Notes: generated by a model not told the origin, from the sequence alone. A stretch of DNA of 64,000 nt from Armatimonadota bacterium (GCA_039811685.1 JBDHZC010000002.1:576001-640000); one strand, 5' to 3'. Shown: positions 9,551 through 20,192, counted from the first letter of the stretch. Made by a program: numbers and translations.

Positions 9551-11140
9551 ATGAGCAAGGGTTCTTTCGCCCGGGCGGCGGGCATCATGGTGATCGCGGT
9601 TTTCCTCAGCCGCGTACTGGGTCTCGTCCGCGAATCTATTATTGCCGCGCAGTTTGGCCAGTCAGCAGCGACCGACGTCTATCAGGCGGCTTTTAAGATT
9701 CCCGATCTCCTCTACTTCATGATTGCGGGCGGGGCGCTCTCCAGCGCGTTTGTCCCGGTCTTTACAGACTATTTGACCAAAGGAAAAGACGAAGAAGCCT
9801 GGCGCATCTACAGCACAGTGGCAACGTCCATGGGGCTGGTGATAACCGTCTTTATCATTCTCGGAGAGATCTTTGCCCGCCATTTGGTGCCGGTGCTGGC
9901 GGCCCCTGGATTCCAACCTCACGAGCTGGATCAGACGGCCTATTTGACGCGCATTCTCCTTCCCGCCCAGTTCTGTTTTTTCATTGGCGGTCTGACGATG
10001 GGCACTCTCTACGCGCGCAAGCAGTTTTTCATTCCGGCGCTCGGACCGATAATCTACAACCTTGGCATCATCTGGGGGGGCATCTTCCTCGCGCATCGCT
10101 TTGGAATCGTCGGGCTCACAATTGGCGCGTTGGTTGGCGCGGTCACCGGCAATTTTCTACTCCAGATATGGTACAGTTCGCGTCTGGGTATTCGGTTCCA
10201 ACTGTGTCTGGACTTCAAACACCCCGGTGTGAAGCAGGTGTTCGCGCTGATGCTGCCGGTGATTCTGGGATTGTCTCTGGTGCAGGTGGATTTTCTTATC
10301 AATAGCTGGTTTGCGAGCTTCCTTCCGGCAGGCTCTCTTTCGGCTCTGGGGTACGCCAACCGCCTGATGCAGCTTCCGCTTGGTATTTTTGGACAGGCCG
10401 CCGGAATCGCCGCGTTACCCGCGCTCTCGGCTCTGGCGTCGGCTGAGAAGTGGGAAGAATATCGCGACACGCTCAGCTTTGGAGTGCGCTCTGTCTTTTT
10501 CTTCACGATCCCATCCAGCCTGCTGATGATGGTGCTGGCGCGTCCGTTGATAGCGCTCATGTTTCAGGCTGGTGAGTTCACCTCTGAAGACACCGTGCAC
10601 GCGTCGGTAGCCATGATTTACTACGCAATAGGAATCTTCGCGTGGGGAGGCCAGGCGCTTATCGCGCGGGGTTTCTATGCGCTTCAGGACACACGCACAC
10701 CCGTCATCATCGGGACAATCATGACCGCTATCTTCATTCCATTGAACTGGATTCTGATGAAGCTCATGGGTCACGGAGGGCTGGCTCTGGCGACCTCAAT
10801 TATGGCCATTCTCTACTTGATCGCCATCTCTTACGTGCTGGCCCGGCGGGTCAAAGGTATAGGCGCGTGGCGCATTATCAACTCAACGACTCGCATCACG
10901 ATCGCCTCCGTATTGTGTGCCGCCGTGGCCGTGATTACAGCGAAGGTGACAGGTGGGCGCTTCAACCCCGAAAATACACTCACGGTTAAGCTGGCTGCGG
11001 CGGTGCAGCTTCTGCCAGGGCTGCTTGCTGGAAGCGTCGCCTACATAGCGGCGTGCGTGGCTCTGAGAGTGGAGGAGACGCAACTCTTCTTTGGAATGCT
11101 GAGGCGGAAACTGCGAAAAACGTCCCGCGCCGCTGCCTGA
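9551..11140 (+). CDS. murJ: Lipid II flippase MurJ (MviN)
   Basis: SRVLGLVRE..IAA.FG, AFKIPD, GALSSAFVPVF, ANRLMQLPLGIFG, FYALQDTRTP. Confidence 0.95.
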   Translation: MSKGSFARAAGIMVIAVFLSRVLGLVRESIIAAQFGQSAATDVYQAAFKIPDLLYFMIAGGALSSAFVPVFTDYLTKGKDEEAWRIYSTVATSMGLVITVFIILGEIFARHLVPVLAAPGFQPHELDQTAYLTRILLPAQFCFFIGGLTMGTLYARKQFFIPALGPIIYNLGIIWGGIFLAHRFGIVGLTIGALVGAVTGNFLLQIWYSSRLGIRFQLCLDFKHPGVKQVFALMLPVILGLSLVQVDFLINSWFASFLPAGSLSALGYANRLMQLPLGIFGQAAGIAALPALSALASAEKWEEYRDTLSFGVRSVFFFTIPSSLLMMVLARPLIALMFQAGEFTSEDTVHASVAMIYYAIGIFAWGGQALIARGFYALQDTRTPVIIGTIMTAIFIPLNWILMKLMGHGGLALATSIMAILYLIAISYVLARRVKGIGAWRIINSTTRITIASVLCAAVAVITAKVTGGRFNPENTLTVKLAAAVQLLPGLLAGSVAYIAACVALRVEETQLFFGMLRRKLRKTSRAAA

Positions 11141-11228
11141 AGGAGCGCCTTTCTTTGCCAGAGACACACACCGTATTCCCGGCGGTTCAGAATCAAGAAC
11201 ACCGGCGAATTGAAGATCTTCCGGGCGG

Positions 11229-12137
11229 TCAGGTCTGAAGAGCGTCCAGCGGACGGCTGCGATCTGAGAGGGCGACCCCTGCGAGAACAATCGCTACGCC
11301 GGCGAGTTGGACTGCGGTTGGCTTCTCCCCCAGTATGGCTGCGGAGAAAATCAGCCCGAAAACCGGAATCAGATAGAAGCACAGTGAAGCCCGCGCAGCG
11401 CCAAGCTCATGCAGGCCACGATGCCAGAGTAAATTGCCTATGACTGTGGCGGCCAGGCTCATGTAGAATACCGCCACCCAGAAGCCTGTAGTCAGAGAAG
11501 CCGGTGGTACGTCTGGAAGCGCGGGGAGAGCAAGGATTATCAGCAGCGGCGTGCCCACATAGCACGAATAGGCCGTCAACTCCAGCGCAGATAATCTCTC
11601 CAGCGCTTTCTTGCCCGTGACTGTGAAGATCGACCAGAGTAGCGCCCCAAGAACAAAAAAAGCATCTCCGAGTAGTCTTTCGCTACCGGTTGAGACCGAC
11701 GTGAGCGCCCCGTAAAACACCAGCGCCTGCCCACCCAGAGCCAGCGCAAGTCCCAGAACGCGCCCGCGGGTGACCTGCTCTTTGAATACCAGCACTGACG
11801 CCCACAGCGTGAAGATGGGATTGAGCGTGGGGATGATCATCGCTCCGTCCGCCGCCGGGGCCCAGTGCAGAGCGTAGTAGAGGACCAGGTTGTAAAGGAG
11901 AATGCCGGATATCCCGGGCGCAAGAGCGGCTCTCAGCTTCCAGAGCGAAAGTGGTTCCCTGCGGACCGCGCCTGCACTCAGGAAGACCGCGCTTGCGATG
12001 CCAAAGCGAAGAGCCGGCACGATGACTGGTGGGACACTACGAACGGACAGCCGGCCCGCAGGCCACATCCCGCCCCAAAGCGCTGCGGCGATCACAAGCT
12101 CCAGAACGGGAAGTGTGCTACGGGTCTCTTTTTTCAA
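11229..12137 (-). CDS. DMT/EamA family transporter
   Basis: About 10 TM segments in two EamA repeats, LWG, 'ILGEKPT..QL.G'. Confidence 0.9.
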   Translation of the reverse strand: MKKETRSTLPVLELVIAAALWGGMWPAGRLSVRSVPPVIVPALRFGIASAVFLSAGAVRREPLSLWKLRAALAPGISGILLYNLVLYYALHWAPAADGAMIIPTLNPIFTLWASVLVFKEQVTRGRVLGLALALGGQALVFYGALTSVSTGSERLLGDAFFVLGALLWSIFTVTGKKALERLSALELTAYSCYVGTPLLIILALPALPDVPPASLTTGFWVAVFYMSLAATVIGNLLWHRGLHELGAARASLCFYLIPVFGLIFSAAILGEKPTAVQLAGVAIVLAGVALSDRSRPLDALQT

Positions 12138-12201
12138 ATGCCAGGCTCCGGGGCAGATCTGTGACTGCGCCTGCCTCGCCTGTTCTCAACCATCGGGGGC
12201 G

Positions 12202-13083
12202 CTATTCGGCCTCGATCACTCCTCGCAGATGGTCGGCGTCTCTTCTGAGCACCTCTCGCCACTCGGCCTCAGGAAAGCGCCCGAGCGATTCATCCTCCAG
12301 ACACAGGTCTCCGGCGTAGCCAGCGCTCTTGAGGATGCGCACGACTTTGAAGTGGTCAATGTCGCCGTCTGGAAGCGGGCAGACGTATTCACCATATCCC
12401 CAGCCCATCTCCCGCTGTGTTTGCTGCAGCTCTGCCGGGTAGGCTATGTTCTTGGCGTGCGTGTGCTTAGTTCTGGCGGCGAAATGCTCGATTATTTCAT
12501 ACACCTTGTCCAGAGGGTGTCCCCACCAGTAGAAGTTGCCGGTATCCAGGGTGAGTCCGAGGCGCGGTGAGTCCACGGCATTCAACACATTGTCCAGAAA
12601 CTCCGGCGTGTTGCCCTGAAAGCCGTGGTTTTCAATTCCAAGCTCGACGATGTGATAGTCTGTACTGTCGAGAACGCGGCGCATGCATTCGGCGAAGCGC
12701 TGAACACGCTGATCGAGAGGCAGCTCTTTCTCCCCCGTCATGACAGCGTCAATGCGGATGGCAGGAATAGCCAGAGCCGCCGCCGCGTTCACCACGCTGA
12801 TGACCCAGTTGACTTCGGCCTCAACGTCATCGCGGTTGAAGTCGTTATGAAGGAGAAACGCGCTGGCGCGTGTGCTGTGTTGTCCCAGATGCTCAGCAAA
12901 AGCTTCAATAGCGGCCTGTGAATCAAGCGTCGCATGGGTTTGTCCGCCGTCTGGCTCCACCAGGTGAACACTCATATCCCGTGATACTTCCAACTCCACG
13001 GCATCCATGGAAAGCGCGTTCAGCGCCTCACGAATTGTCGGCCACCCCTGCAGGGCAATCGCATCTCTAATCGAAGCGTACAT
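12202..13083 (-). CDS. Sugar phosphate isomerase/epimerase (xylose-isomerase-like TIM barrel)
   Basis: LGIENHG, DTGNF, HTHAKN, G.G.ID, LCLEDE metal-binding motifs. Confidence 0.85.
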   Translation of the reverse strand: MYASIRDAIALQGWPTIREALNALSMDAVELEVSRDMSVHLVEPDGGQTHATLDSQAAIEAFAEHLGQHSTRASAFLLHNDFNRDDVEAEVNWVISVVNAAAALAIPAIRIDAVMTGEKELPLDQRVQRFAECMRRVLDSTDYHIVELGIENHGFQGNTPEFLDNVLNAVDSPRLGLTLDTGNFYWWGHPLDKVYEIIEHFAARTKHTHAKNIAYPAELQQTQREMGWGYGEYVCPLPDGDIDHFKVVRILKSAGYAGDLCLEDESLGRFPEAEWREVLRRDADHLRGVIEAE

Positions 13084-13317
13084 TGAGACTTTCCTTTACT
13101 TAACACATTAGGCCAGGCGCTGCGCTGAGCAGACCCGCGCCCCGGCTCCTGAATAGCGTGTTCTTCGGCCGCAAAGCCCTCTCCTGCCTTTGAGCCGACA
13201 GAGCAAGAAGGCTCTCGCGCGTTTTGCGAATCCTGTGCTCGAAGCGGTATACTCGCACAGACAACCTGGCAACCCCCGGAGGGTGCGCCCACTCAACTCT
13301 CGGAGACAACAGTACGC

Positions 13318-13458
13318 GTGAAAAAAGAAGAAGAGCGGCTTGAAGACGGCAGGCGGATTCTGTTTTTCAGCTTTGAGGACGAACAGCAAAGCGACGAATC
13401 CGACGAGCAAAGCTCAGCGGCGGACGCTGCAGCCCTTGATGAGAACTCTGCGCCATGA
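13318..13458 (+). CDS. Small acidic protein (46 aa) coupled to galT, absent from the ORF track
   Basis: GTG start, MKKEEERLEDGRRILFFSFEDEQQ...NSAP*, stop overlaps the galT start (ATGA). Confidence 0.6.
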   Translation: MKKEEERLEDGRRILFFSFEDEQQSDESDEQSSAADAAALDENSAP

Positions 13459-14435
13459 GCGAACTGAGATGGCATCCCATTCTGGGTGAATGGGTGATTA
13501 CCGCAACCCACCGGCAGAACCGGACGTTTCTGCCTCCAGATGACTTCTGCCCTTTGTGCCCGACCAAATCCGGAGCCTTCCCCACAGAAGTCCCGCGAGA
13601 AGACTACGACATTGTCGTCTTCGAGAATCGCTTTCCCTCGCTTCAGCACCCGGCGCCACCTCCAGCGGTGGATTCCAGGGGTTTTTCACCCGTAAAGCCG
13701 GCAGAGGGCATTTGCGAGGTCGTCCTGTACTCTTCGCGTCACGATTCTACCCTGGCTCAGATGCCCGTGCGCCAGATACACAAGCTGATCCGCGTCTGGC
13801 AGGATCGCTTTATGGAACTGGGTTCTCTGGAGTTTGTGGACTACGTCTATATCTTCGAGAACAAGGGTAAGGAGATTGGGGTCACGCTGACGCACCCTCA
13901 CGGCCAGATCTACGCGTATTCGTTCATCCCGCCAAGGATGCGGGACCGCCGCGAGAGCTTCCAGCGCTACTACGCAGAGAAGGGATCGTGCATGCTGTGC
14001 GACATTCTGAGCTCTGAGCTAGAGGAGGGAACCCGGATTGTCACCCAGACAGACGCCTTTGTCGCTTACGTCCCATTCTATGCGCGCTACCCCTACGAAG
14101 TGCACGTTGCGCCGCGCCGCCACGATGAGGGGCTCGGGATTCTCACTGAACAGACCTCAGCGGACCTGGCGCACATTCTGAAAACTGTGCTTCTCAAATA
14201 TGACGGACTGTGGGGGTTCTCGCTGCCGTACATCATGAATCTGTATCCACAACCCACCGACGGCGGAGACGACCCCGGCTGGCACTTTCAGATTGAGTTC
14301 TACCCGCCTTACCGCACCCCGCAGAAGTTGAAATATCTGGCGGGATCGGAAAGCGGCGCGGGCAGCTTCATCAACGACAACCTTCCGGAGACGATGGCGG
14401 AGCAGTTGCGAAATGTGGAGGTGGGGCTGTTGTGA
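13455..14435 (+). CDS. galT: Galactose-1-phosphate uridylyltransferase
   Basis: ELRWHPILGEWV, CPLCP, FENRFPSL, FENKG..IGVTLTHPHGQIY catalytic HPH. Confidence 0.95.
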   Translation: MSELRWHPILGEWVITATHRQNRTFLPPDDFCPLCPTKSGAFPTEVPREDYDIVVFENRFPSLQHPAPPPAVDSRGFSPVKPAEGICEVVLYSSRHDSTLAQMPVRQIHKLIRVWQDRFMELGSLEFVDYVYIFENKGKEIGVTLTHPHGQIYAYSFIPPRMRDRRESFQRYYAEKGSCMLCDILSSELEEGTRIVTQTDAFVAYVPFYARYPYEVHVAPRRHDEGLGILTEQTSADLAHILKTVLLKYDGLWGFSLPYIMNLYPQPTDGGDDPGWHFQIEFYPPYRTPQKLKYLAGSESGAGSFINDNLPETMAEQLRNVEVGLL

Positions 14436-14836
14436 GCGGAGCTGAAGTGCGCGGCACAAAGACGGCTGCGATCGTCGCCTCTGTTGCAGCGGCGGTTCTG
14501 GCGCCGTTTATCGCCTGGCGCACCGGTGATTCGTACGGCGCCTATCTTGCCCTGGACGCTCTGGCCGGCGCTGTGACGGGAGCCCTCACGGCTGCCCTGG
14601 TGAGCGCTCTGGTGAAGAGGCTGCGCACGACAGGCTATGTTCTGGCGATCGGTGTTCTGGTCGTGCTGCTGGTGCTCACGGGTTATCTGGCTACGTCAAC
14701 AGACTATATGGCAGTGGCGGTGACAATCGCCTTTCTTGCGCCGGTCTATGCGCTGTCCGTTATGATCAGCTGCGCTCTAATTCGTCCAGTCCGCCCGGAC
14801 AAAGCCCGCTCGAAGGCTTCCGAGACCAACGACTGA
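14432..14836 (+). CDS. Small 4-TM membrane protein
   Basis: Hydrophobic ORF whose start overlaps the galT stop (GTGA). Confidence 0.6.
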   Translation: MSGAEVRGTKTAAIVASVAAAVLAPFIAWRTGDSYGAYLALDALAGAVTGALTAALVSALVKRLRTTGYVLAIGVLVVLLVLTGYLATSTDYMAVAVTIAFLAPVYALSVMISCALIRPVRPDKARSKASETND

Positions 14837-15074
14837 ACTGTGGAGCGCCACGCGCGTACGCGGGCGTGAACCGTATCCTGACCTCGAGCATCCGACGCTC
14901 CCGCTTCGTCTGCGCTCTGAAAGATCCATACAAGATCTGGTATTTTTCAGCCTAGCGCGCTATTGTTTCCTCATCTGATTTGAAGGATACTGCCGCACAG
15001 GTCATCTAACCCAACAGACGCGCAAAAAAGAGTGCACTCGGCGCGTTCGGGAGGATGACGCCTCGCGCAGCGAC

Positions 15075-15746
15075 ATGCACACCTGGCACTTGCAGGCTGA
15101 CAGAACAACAGGAATCGGGAGATTGCCCGGGCATACAACTGAGTCCCTCGGGACACTTTCAACTGATACGCGGGACGCTTTGCTGGTAAAGCAGGCGCAG
15201 GAAGGCGACGCGGACGCATTCGGGCAACTCGTGCGCCGTCACGAGCGAAGCGTCTATGCCATCGCATCCCGTATGACTGCGTCTCAGGATGAGGCGGAAG
15301 ATGTCACTCAGGAGGTCTTTGTGCAGGCCTGGAAGTCTATCTGCAGATTTCGCGGAGACTCACAGTTCAGCACATGGCTGCACACGATCGCAGTCAACGC
15401 GACGCTGAAGCGTCTGCACTATCTGAGACGCCGGCGCACGCTTTCTACAGACGACCCCAATCTGGGTCTGGCAGAGCAGATTTCTGGAGACAGCTTGAAC
15501 GAACCCCTGGACAAAGCATTTTCTGCGCATACGAAAGAAGCCGTCCGAAGAGCGCTCTCCAGGCTGTCGGACAACCACCGCATGGCCGTGACACTGCACT
15601 ATTTCGAGGACTACAACTGCGACGAGATCGCCCGGATGATGCGCTGTTCCGTAGGGACGGTGTGGTCTCGTCTGCACTATGCGTGCAGGAAACTGAAAGT
15701 GGAGCTGGCATCTGCGGAGGCGGCTGGAGTGGAGCAGACAAAATGA
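15075..15746 (+). CDS. ECF RNA polymerase sigma factor
   Basis: AEDVTQEVFVQAW, FRGDSQFSTWL, EIARMM..SVGTVWSRL. Confidence 0.93.
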   Translation: MHTWHLQADRTTGIGRLPGHTTESLGTLSTDTRDALLVKQAQEGDADAFGQLVRRHERSVYAIASRMTASQDEAEDVTQEVFVQAWKSICRFRGDSQFSTWLHTIAVNATLKRLHYLRRRRTLSTDDPNLGLAEQISGDSLNEPLDKAFSAHTKEAVRRALSRLSDNHRMAVTLHYFEDYNCDEIARMMRCSVGTVWSRLHYACRKLKVELASAEAAGVEQTK

Positions 15747-16768
15747 CAGGTTGCCGAAAAGCTCAAAAGCTGCTTCTAAGACATTCAGAGGGTGATCTGG
15801 AAACGCGAGAGTCGCGGTGGCTGGAGACGCATCTGGAGCAGTGCGCGGGCTGCGCCAGAGATCTTGATGAGATACTCGAAGTGCGCGGCGTCCTGCTCTC
15901 GGTGAAGTCTCCCGCACCGGAACCTTCTGAAGACCTCCACGGCCGGGTTATGAGCGCGGTTCGCGCTCACACTTCTCCACCTGCGCAGCAAAGGCGGTCT
16001 TTTCCGGGGTTGCTGCGGCCTTCCTGGACCCTTGCGACAACAGGCGTAGCCGTACTCGTGGTCATTGCCGGGTATCTCCACATTTTGCCTGGCCTGCAGG
16101 TCGAAACTCACGACCAGGCGCAGACCACCGGGGCGGAAGTCCAGCGTGGGCGCGTCCTGCGGCAAGAGGAAGCGACTCCAAAGCTCGCCAAACCGTCACA
16201 TTCAACCGCGATGCAGGCCCCGCAGCCAGAGACTGCGCCGATGACTAAGGCAGCCTCAGGTGCGCCGCACACTGCCGATCAGCGGCCACGTCAGAAACAG
16301 CCGTTCATCCAGAACAAACCGAAGCCGTCTCCCGGTCTTGACAAAGCAAAGTCGGCACAGAGTACGCCGCCTGAGACGCCCTCACCTTCACCTACCGGGA
16401 GGTTTCGACAATACACAGACTCCCTTGAGGAAATGGGAGTGCCCACGAGACGAGATCAAGACAAGCCGTTGAGCTTTGCAGACGGGCACGCTGCAAAAGC
16501 CCGCGCGACGGTGGAAGCAGCCCCCGCGATAGATGCTGCCGGCACTCTCGCAAAGCCAGGGCTTGACAATCTGAGTGGAGACAGCCTGTCGTTCCACTCC
16601 ACACGGGATGAGCCTTCCGCAGGCTTTCCGCTTGCCTTAGCTCCGGCACAGTCCACAGGCGAGCGTTTCCTGGGCAAGGCAAAGGACGATCCGGAACGCA
16701 GCGCAGACGCGGTTGAGATGGTTTACAGCTCGATAGAGGAGAGGGCAAAGTCCCTTTTTACGTACTGA
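15743..16768 (+). CDS. Anti-sigma factor (zf-HC2/ZAS) with a TM segment and Pro-rich extracytoplasmic tail
   Basis: HLEQCAGC (HxxxCxxC); ATG at 15743 overlaps the sigma stop. Confidence 0.85.
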   Translation: MTGCRKAQKLLLRHSEGDLETRESRWLETHLEQCAGCARDLDEILEVRGVLLSVKSPAPEPSEDLHGRVMSAVRAHTSPPAQQRRSFPGLLRPSWTLATTGVAVLVVIAGYLHILPGLQVETHDQAQTTGAEVQRGRVLRQEEATPKLAKPSHSTAMQAPQPETAPMTKAASGAPHTADQRPRQKQPFIQNKPKPSPGLDKAKSAQSTPPETPSPSPTGRFRQYTDSLEEMGVPTRRDQDKPLSFADGHAAKARATVEAAPAIDAAGTLAKPGLDNLSGDSLSFHSTRDEPSAGFPLALAPAQSTGERFLGKAKDDPERSADAVEMVYSSIEERAKSLFTY

Positions 16769-18462
16769 TGACTATTCAAACTAGCAGGCTTCAGAGACTC
16801 CTGGTTGTGGTAAGTGTGATGTTTGGTCTGGCGGTAAATGCCTGTGCTGGAGCGCTTCCATCGCGCGGGCTGGCGCAGTTCAACAGCGGAGACTACTTCG
16901 GCGCTGTAAGGTCTTTGACACAGGAGTGCGCCAGGAACCCGTCTGATACGGGTCTTCGGCTCAGTCTGGCGGTAGCGCTGTTGCAGGTGAAAGACTTTGA
17001 GCGCGCCCGCGCCGCGCTTGACCGCGTTATTCAGATGGCGCCGGGCGCGGAAATCGTCCGCACTCTGCGCGCGAGCGCTGTTTCGTCCCAGGATAACAGC
17101 GCTAAGCGCACTGCCTCGAATCCGGGCGCTCCAAGGTACACATTCGCTCCGGCGGACGGGTCTATTGCAGCGCTGACGCTGGCGGCAATGGCGCATCCTG
17201 ACAGCGCCGCTGTGGCGAACCTCCTGGGCGATGCGTACCAGATGGCTCCCAACACCGCCAAAGCAGAGGAGTGGTACAGTAAAGCGACCGCGCTTGCGCC
17301 GGCCTGGAGCAAGCCCCGAATCGGCCTTGCGCTGGCGCTTCTGGACACTGAGCCTGCCCGCGCTGCCAGTCTCCTGGAGCAGGTTCTGACCAGTGAGCCT
17401 TCGAACGCTCAGGCGCGGTTGTGGCTGGGGGATGCGTACGCGGCTCTGGGCAGGCGGGAGGAGGCCATCGCAGCCTACCGTCTGGCGGACAAAGATTTGC
17501 AGACACGGTCTGATGCGCTGGTGCGACTGGGGACGATACTTCTGCGAAAGGATCGTCTGTCTGAAGCTGAGCAGATCTTTCAGGATGCGCTAAGAGATGA
17601 CCCGTCCAACCCGGCGGCTCAGGCCGGAACAGCGCAGGTTCTAGCTCTGCAAAAAAAGCCCGACCGCGCCCTCCAGGCAATGGAACAGGCGCAGACCGCT
17701 TCACAGACGGCTTCTCCGCAGCGGCAATCGGCAGTACTGAGCAACCTTGCGATTGTCGCAGCCAACAAAGGAGATTACGGCGAAGGGGAGCGTTACTTTG
17801 AGGCCGCCATACGAATTGACCCGGATCGGCAGTCCATTTACCGCCAGATGGCGGAGATGTACAGGCAGGCGGGAACACTGGATCAGAACAACCGGTTGCG
17901 GGAAAACTGGCTGAAGAGCAGACCCAACGACACGCGAAGCCTGCGCTACCTTGTAGAAGGCTACGAACTGAGTGGAAATACCGTGGAGGAGATCCGGGTC
18001 CTGCAGGTCCTGATTGAGAGTCTGGCCGCGAAAGACCGGTCGAGCCTGCGGTCAGTGAAAACGAGACTGGCTGGCCTCTACTGGGGCGATGGGCAGAAGC
18101 ACGAAGCTTTTCAGACGTGGCTGAGCGCAGTGGATACGGGTTATCCAACGTGGACCGTCGCCATCGCGCAGTCTATTCTGGCTCTCGACGGGGCAGCGCC
18201 GTATGTGGAGGAGCATCTGATCTCATTGAGAAGCTCACGAGAGGCCTGCCACCTCTCCTTTGCGATCAGCATGCGCCAGGGCCACTTTGACGCGGCGTTG
18301 AAAGCGCTCGATGACGTTATCTCGCGCGATCCGGAAAACAGTACGCTCTACGGCCAGAAGTCCTTTCTGCTACGAAGCATGGGGCGTCCGGAAGAGGCTG
18401 ACGATCTGGAACGGGCGCACATGCCTGCCAAAGTCAAAGATGAGAGCGGCCTCTCCAAATAG
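16768..18462 (+). CDS. Exported TPR-repeat protein
   Basis: Signal peptide, many TPRs, coupled to the anti-sigma stop. Confidence 0.85.
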   Translation: MTIQTSRLQRLLVVVSVMFGLAVNACAGALPSRGLAQFNSGDYFGAVRSLTQECARNPSDTGLRLSLAVALLQVKDFERARAALDRVIQMAPGAEIVRTLRASAVSSQDNSAKRTASNPGAPRYTFAPADGSIAALTLAAMAHPDSAAVANLLGDAYQMAPNTAKAEEWYSKATALAPAWSKPRIGLALALLDTEPARAASLLEQVLTSEPSNAQARLWLGDAYAALGRREEAIAAYRLADKDLQTRSDALVRLGTILLRKDRLSEAEQIFQDALRDDPSNPAAQAGTAQVLALQKKPDRALQAMEQAQTASQTASPQRQSAVLSNLAIVAANKGDYGEGERYFEAAIRIDPDRQSIYRQMAEMYRQAGTLDQNNRLRENWLKSRPNDTRSLRYLVEGYELSGNTVEEIRVLQVLIESLAAKDRSSLRSVKTRLAGLYWGDGQKHEAFQTWLSAVDTGYPTWTVAIAQSILALDGAAPYVEEHLISLRSSREACHLSFAISMRQGHFDAALKALDDVISRDPENSTLYGQKSFLLRSMGRPEEADDLERAHMPAKVKDESGLSK

Positions 18463-18575
18463 CGCGCCTGTGTATGACTTTTCTGGCTGAGCCTGACCAG
18501 AGTGAGCGCAGGCGGGCTGGCTTTGTGGCTGCTCTACTGGTAGGATTCTACTTCTTCGGCTAAAACTCTGGTGTT

Positions 18576-20171
18576 ATGAGTACACCTTCCCTCACGCGGT
18601 GGAGCACCTCCGACCCACAGCTTGACGCGCTCTGGCGGCGCGTCGTTATTGGAACAGTGCAGGATTTCGGTCTTCGGGACCTGGACAGCCAGATTGTCAC
18701 TCTTGGTCCAGCGTGGCTGCGCGACCATGTGCACGAGCTCAAGGGTTACAAGTACTTCGGCTATGATATGGCCAGCGGCCTGGAGTTCTTTTTTCGGCAT
18801 CAGTTTGAGGACGGGCAGTTCCCGGACTTCTTCGTGCCGACAGGCGACCAGCATGTCCCGTTTGTGACAGATGAGTTCAAGCGTGTAGACAATGCGCACG
18901 GGCAGGTGTACATGCGGATTCCCGTTGAGGCCGATCTGGAATACCTGGCGGTGGAGGGCGTCTATCAGGCGTGGAAAGCCAGTGGCAACGCGGAATGGCT
19001 GCGAAACCAGATGCCCGCTCTGGAGCGGGGACTCCACTACCTCACCACCGATCGCTACCGCTGGAACACCGAGCATCAGCTTGTTATGCGTCCGCACACC
19101 GTGGACACGTGGGACTTCACGTTTTTCTACAGCGACGATCACTTCCTGACAAACTGCGAGATACGGCGGCTGGACGACTCCACCCCGATGGCTATCTTCC
19201 ACGGCGACAACAGCGGGCTTTACAGCGCCTATCATATGATGGCAACGCTTTACAGGGCGCTGGGACAGGACAGGGAGGCCGAGGCGCAGCTTACGCAGGC
19301 GGAGGAGTTGAAAGAGCGCGCAAATCGCCTGCTGTGGGGTGACGGCTTCTACATTCACATGCTCCATCTGGACGAGGAGACGAAGAAGAAGTATCCTGAC
19401 GAAGCCTCGCGGCTCTCACTGAGTAACCCTTACGATATCAACCGCGGGTTCACTTCGCACGAACAGGCGGTGTCCATTATTGACGCTTACCAGAATCGCT
19501 GGGAAGCCAATCGGGACCGCTATTTCACGGAGTGGTTCACCATAGATCCGCCCTACAACGAACAGATTGCTTTCTTCCAGCCGTACGAATACGTCAACGG
19601 CGGGCTTTTCGCGACAGTTGGCGGAGAGTTGGCCAAAGCCGCCTTCCGGCACGGGCGGGAGGAGTACGGCGTGGATCTGTTGCGCCGGTACTACTCGGTG
19701 ATCAAAGACCGGAATAACATCGGCTTTATGTTCTACGCGGACGGACGTGAATACGGGGGCGGTCCGGTTGGCTGGTGCGGCGCAGCTTACATCTCTGCGC
19801 TTATGGAAGGCCTGGCTGGCATTGAAGATCACGGATCTGGCTTCGAAGACGTCACGATCAGTCCACGATGGATGGCGGCGGGAGTCAGCACCGCCTCCAT
19901 TGAAGCGCGCTATCCGGCAAGCGGCGCCCGGCTGGCTGTGGACTATGAGTATGACGTGATTTCGATTTCGCTGAAAATACAGGGAGACTGCGAGTCTGTC
20001 TCACTGAATGTGCTTCTGCCCGAGAGCCGTGACGTCGAAAAATTGTACGTCAATGGCCAAAGCGTGGAGTACAGCGTGGCAACAGTGGAAAATAGTAGAT
20101 ATCTTCAGGCAAAGCTGCCTGCGGACATAAAGTACACCGAAGGCGCGCAAGTCGTCGTCGAAGTCATGTGA
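18576..20171 (+). CDS. Six-hairpin (alpha/alpha)6 glycoside hydrolase-like protein
   Basis: WLRDHVH, EADLEY, DTWDF, YVNGG and C-terminal beta-sandwich; family unresolved. Confidence 0.65.
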   Translation: MSTPSLTRWSTSDPQLDALWRRVVIGTVQDFGLRDLDSQIVTLGPAWLRDHVHELKGYKYFGYDMASGLEFFFRHQFEDGQFPDFFVPTGDQHVPFVTDEFKRVDNAHGQVYMRIPVEADLEYLAVEGVYQAWKASGNAEWLRNQMPALERGLHYLTTDRYRWNTEHQLVMRPHTVDTWDFTFFYSDDHFLTNCEIRRLDDSTPMAIFHGDNSGLYSAYHMMATLYRALGQDREAEAQLTQAEELKERANRLLWGDGFYIHMLHLDEETKKKYPDEASRLSLSNPYDINRGFTSHEQAVSIIDAYQNRWEANRDRYFTEWFTIDPPYNEQIAFFQPYEYVNGGLFATVGGELAKAAFRHGREEYGVDLLRRYYSVIKDRNNIGFMFYADGREYGGGPVGWCGAAYISALMEGLAGIEDHGSGFEDVTISPRWMAAGVSTASIEARYPASGARLAVDYEYDVISISLKIQGDCESVSLNVLLPESRDVEKLYVNGQSVEYSVATVENSRYLQAKLPADIKYTEGAQVVVEVM

Positions 20172-20192
20172 GAGGAGGAAACCGAGCACACA

